Source: Desulfomonilia bacterium (GTDB lineage: Bacteria; Desulfobacterota; Desulfomonilia; UBA1062). Taken from it: a stretch of DNA of 64,000 nucleotides. The stretch lies in the NCBI GenBank assembly GCA_963664325.2, contig CAXXDQ010000005.1, positions 1-64,000 of the forward strand. The letters are read 5' to 3'. Shown piece by piece: positions 61,634 through 64,000 of the stretch (position 1 is the stretch's first letter; the number at the start of each line of letters is the position of its first letter). The translations under genes were made by a program, and so were the position numbers. Below the pieces are notes generated by a model, which was not told the DNA's origin, did not search any database, and was given only the letters and a program-made list of their open reading frames with translations.

Positions 61634-62632
61634 ATGTCACTAATTTGGAAACGTTATAAATGTGTCGAAGAAATCGAATTGAGTTTAGCAAAAGATTTAG
61701 TCGACTTACTTCGACCAACAAATATTTATTGGGGAACCAAGGAAACTTCGTCTTGGTATTTTCGAGGGCAGGAAAATGCACGCTGGTCACTAATACCACG
61801 AGCTTGGAGGACTATGCCACCATCTGGCCTCGAAGTGCTAGTGAGTTCATTTCTAGAGTTTCTCAAGGATCGACGGGCTAAGCCAAAGGTCAAAGCTCTT
61901 GCAAGAATGCATCATGTCACGCCTGTTGATCTACCGGAGTTTGAGAAATTGCTTGCACACCTTGCTGCAGAAGTAGACGCAGTGAAGCATTTCACTGTGT
62001 TTGCTGACGAATTGGGTATTAATGTTCCTGATACTGGGTCGCTTGTGAGTGGGGTCGTTTTTCTTGGGTCTGTTCTGGAAAAATCGGATTGGCCAGAAAT
62101 CCTACACCCATCTTCGCCATTTGGTATAGCGCAACACCATGGCATACCGACGCGTCTTATGGATTGGTCAAGGAACCCACTCATAGCAGCCTATTTTGCA
62201 TCTGCTGTGTCAGCGGGAACACCCCCCAATGATATAGCCATTTGGGCTGTTAATATCCCATTTCTTAGATCGGCTGATCCAAGTTTCGGTCTTCAGATCC
62301 TAACTTCACCCCGTGCACAAGACGCTTTCCTCAAAGCACAAGAAGGATTGTTTATCTGGCACCAAGGTGCAAGCGGGTATTATTGGTCACATCGAAAGTG
62401 GCCATCACTAATCGATTCAATAGAAGAGGCCTGTAGAGGAAAGCATATAAAACCACTTCGTATTCTTAAGCTCCCATTTTCAGAAGTAACCTCACTAAAA
62501 AAGTTGCTTTGGCGTGAAAGAATATCACTTGCCCATTTAATGCCAACGCACGACAACATAGCTCGCACAGCCATAGATGCATGGGCAACATTTGAAGGTC
62601 TCAGAACAGAAGTAAGTGGTTATGGAGAATAG
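61634..62632 (+). CDS. FRG domain protein (cassette 1)
   Basis: WYFRGQ...W.LIP, AQHHGIPTRLMDWSRNPLIAAYFA, AQEGLF. Confidence 0.9.
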   Translation: MSLIWKRYKCVEEIELSLAKDLVDLLRPTNIYWGTKETSSWYFRGQENARWSLIPRAWRTMPPSGLEVLVSSFLEFLKDRRAKPKVKALARMHHVTPVDLPEFEKLLAHLAAEVDAVKHFTVFADELGINVPDTGSLVSGVVFLGSVLEKSDWPEILHPSSPFGIAQHHGIPTRLMDWSRNPLIAAYFASAVSAGTPPNDIAIWAVNIPFLRSADPSFGLQILTSPRAQDAFLKAQEGLFIWHQGASGYYWSHRKWPSLIDSIEEACRGKHIKPLRILKLPFSEVTSLKKLLWRERISLAHLMPTHDNIARTAIDAWATFEGLRTEVSGYGE

Positions 62633-62688
62633 GTCTAACAATCACATCCACCGGACGGCTAAAACCGCCGGTGATGCCTACGTTATAC
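62633..62688 (+). other. attC site
   Basis: GTCTAAC (RYYYAAC) directly after the stop; CATCCACC/GGTGATG inner arms with one extra base; ends in GTTATAC; 56 bp. Confidence 0.8.
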
Positions 62689-62708
62689 GAAAAATGGAAG
62701 AGGCACAT

Positions 62709-62817
62709 ATGCGAATGATTGATATGGATTCAGAGAGGCGAGTTAGATCATTACAGCTCTATTTGAGGCCTGAGGAAGCCACAGAATTTCAACGCGTCGC
62801 TGATTTTAAAATTAGAC
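62709..62817 (+). pseudogene. Deleted cassette: ORF start fused to the 3' half of an attC
   Basis: RBS plus MRMIDMDSERRVRSLQLYL..., running into GTCGCTGATTTTAAAATTAGAC, which resembles the right arm of attC 63544-63600. Confidence 0.55.
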
Positions 62818-62832
62818 CTGTGAGAAATAGAA

Positions 62833-63543
62833 ATGAGTGAAGATAAGCTCATTAAAGGATGGATCAATCCATTGGCGTTCCTTGACGTTGATGAACCTTG
62901 GGCTGCAATCGGTGCAAGTCAACCGAAACTAGAATCAGTCATAGGCTTTCTATGCCCTCCCGGTATACCCGCAGATTTAGATAGCTTGATCGCTCGATAC
63001 AAGGAAATCAGTACCGAACCAGTACGCTTGTTTGCAGCACCAGCAGAGCCGCGCATTCTAGAAAAACTCGTTTGGCCTCTCCGGAATGCAAAGGGTTCAT
63101 ATGTCATCGGCAATTACCTCGCGGTTATAGCACTCTCTGGAATGGTTGCAGAGATGGTTGCTATTCTCGCATGGGATCTTGGAGAAGTTACTCTGGGAGG
63201 CCATCTAATGAGTGACGATGAACAAAAAGCACTGTTTGGTTCAACTTTTGAGCGCCTCGGTCAAGAGCGACGCGTAAAAGTGCTTTCGACATACAGAATA
63301 ATTGATGAGGAAACTGTAGGAAGATTCGATACCGTAAGGGTGATTCGTAGAAAGTACTTGCACATCTGGTCGCAGGATCATGATACATTACCTACTGATT
63401 CCAAGGCATGTTTCCATGCGGCAGTCGCCTTAGTAACTGGGATCATTGGTCAGGACATTAAAGATGGGAAAATAATGCTGAACCCACGGCTGATAAAGTA
63501 TTTAGAGAAACATGGAGTGTGTGAACCAGTTGAAGATGAATAG
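62833..63543 (+). CDS. HEPN-like protein (cassette)
   Basis: N-terminal helix AKGSYVIGNYLAVIALSGMVAE and a C-terminal Rx4H motif (RRKYLH). Confidence 0.6.
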   Translation: MSEDKLIKGWINPLAFLDVDEPWAAIGASQPKLESVIGFLCPPGIPADLDSLIARYKEISTEPVRLFAAPAEPRILEKLVWPLRNAKGSYVIGNYLAVIALSGMVAEMVAILAWDLGEVTLGGHLMSDDEQKALFGSTFERLGQERRVKVLSTYRIIDEETVGRFDTVRVIRRKYLHIWSQDHDTLPTDSKACFHAAVALVTGIIGQDIKDGKIMLNPRLIKYLEKHGVCEPVEDE

Positions 63544-63600
63544 GTCTAACCCGCTAATCCAACGGACGTCTTACAGCCGCCGCTGATTTTTGTGTTAGGT
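63544..63600 (+). other. attC site
   Basis: GTCTAAC after the stop; AATCCAAC/GCTGATT arms; ends in GTTAGGT; 57 bp. GTCTAA is complementary to the cassette start TTAGAC at 62812. Confidence 0.82.
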
Positions 63601-63607
63601 CAATAAA

Positions 63608-64000
63608 ATGAAACGAAACTCACAAGAAAAATTCGTCGTCCTTTATGATACGGCAAAAAAATGTCTTTTAATTCTCGACCATCTTTATGCCAATCTCGAA
63701 AACGGAACAAACCAAGCAATGGACGCGAGTAAAATAAAGCAAGATCTTTCAATTGTAACTAGCATATATATATCTGCGTTAGGTCTCATAGATTATTTCC
63801 ATCGTTTCCATGAAGTCGTTGCAGCTATGACCTTAATAAGAAAAGATTGCCCCGAACTAAAAAAACTCGGAAAAACAATCGAGCCAGTTAAAGAGTGTCG
63901 AAACTATCTACAACACATGCGCGGTGATTTAATGAAGAATGATTCCATCGACTACCCAATATTGGGAGCAATATCTTGGATTCATGAAGGCCGCAACTAT
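63608..64000 (+). CDS. HEPN-like protein (cassette), 3'-partial
   Basis: Open frame MKRNSQEKF... to the window end, with the Rx4H motif RNYLQH; absent from the ORF track because it has no stop in the window. Confidence 0.55.
   Translation, partial: MKRNSQEKFVVLYDTAKKCLLILDHLYANLENGTNQAMDASKIKQDLSIVTSIYISALGLIDYFHRFHEVVAAMTLIRKDCPELKKLGKTIEPVKECRNYLQHMRGDLMKNDSIDYPILGAISWIHEGRNY

Larger units (their letters stand above)
61608..64000 (+). mobile_element. Integron-type gene cassette array, no integrase in the window (CALIN-like), 3'-partial
   Basis: GTTAGGC core site before the first gene; two full attC sites and one half attC; co-oriented, lower-GC genes. Confidence 0.8.

Overview
Bacterial chromosomal window, probably from an anaerobic deltaproteobacterium-like (Desulfobacterota-type) organism; the taxon is inferred, not shown. 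From left to right it holds: a partial URO-D family gene; lutABC; a two-subunit UxaA/SuyAB-type dehydratase; a xylulokinase/GH116/MFS sugar cluster; exported hydrolases and START-type lipid-binding proteins; and a core plsC-plsC-rnj-ftsK-lolA block. Next is an uncharacterised operon with a FadR-type regulator: two CrtI-like flavoproteins, a 44-aa microprotein, a glycyl radical enzyme, its activase and a split-barrel flavoprotein. After it come nested MITE/REP-like palindromes, two AT-rich genes delimited by palindromes, a PKD-repeat/FGE lipoprotein, two GH4 glycosidases, an ABC exporter, an RfaH/NusG paralog and hflX (probable ATA start). The window ends in the start of an integron-type cassette array (attC sites; FRG and two HEPN-like cassettes) with no integrase visible. 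Five genes in the first 21 kb are split by single-base indels, most likely sequencing errors. All calls come from reading motifs by eye; no database searches were run.
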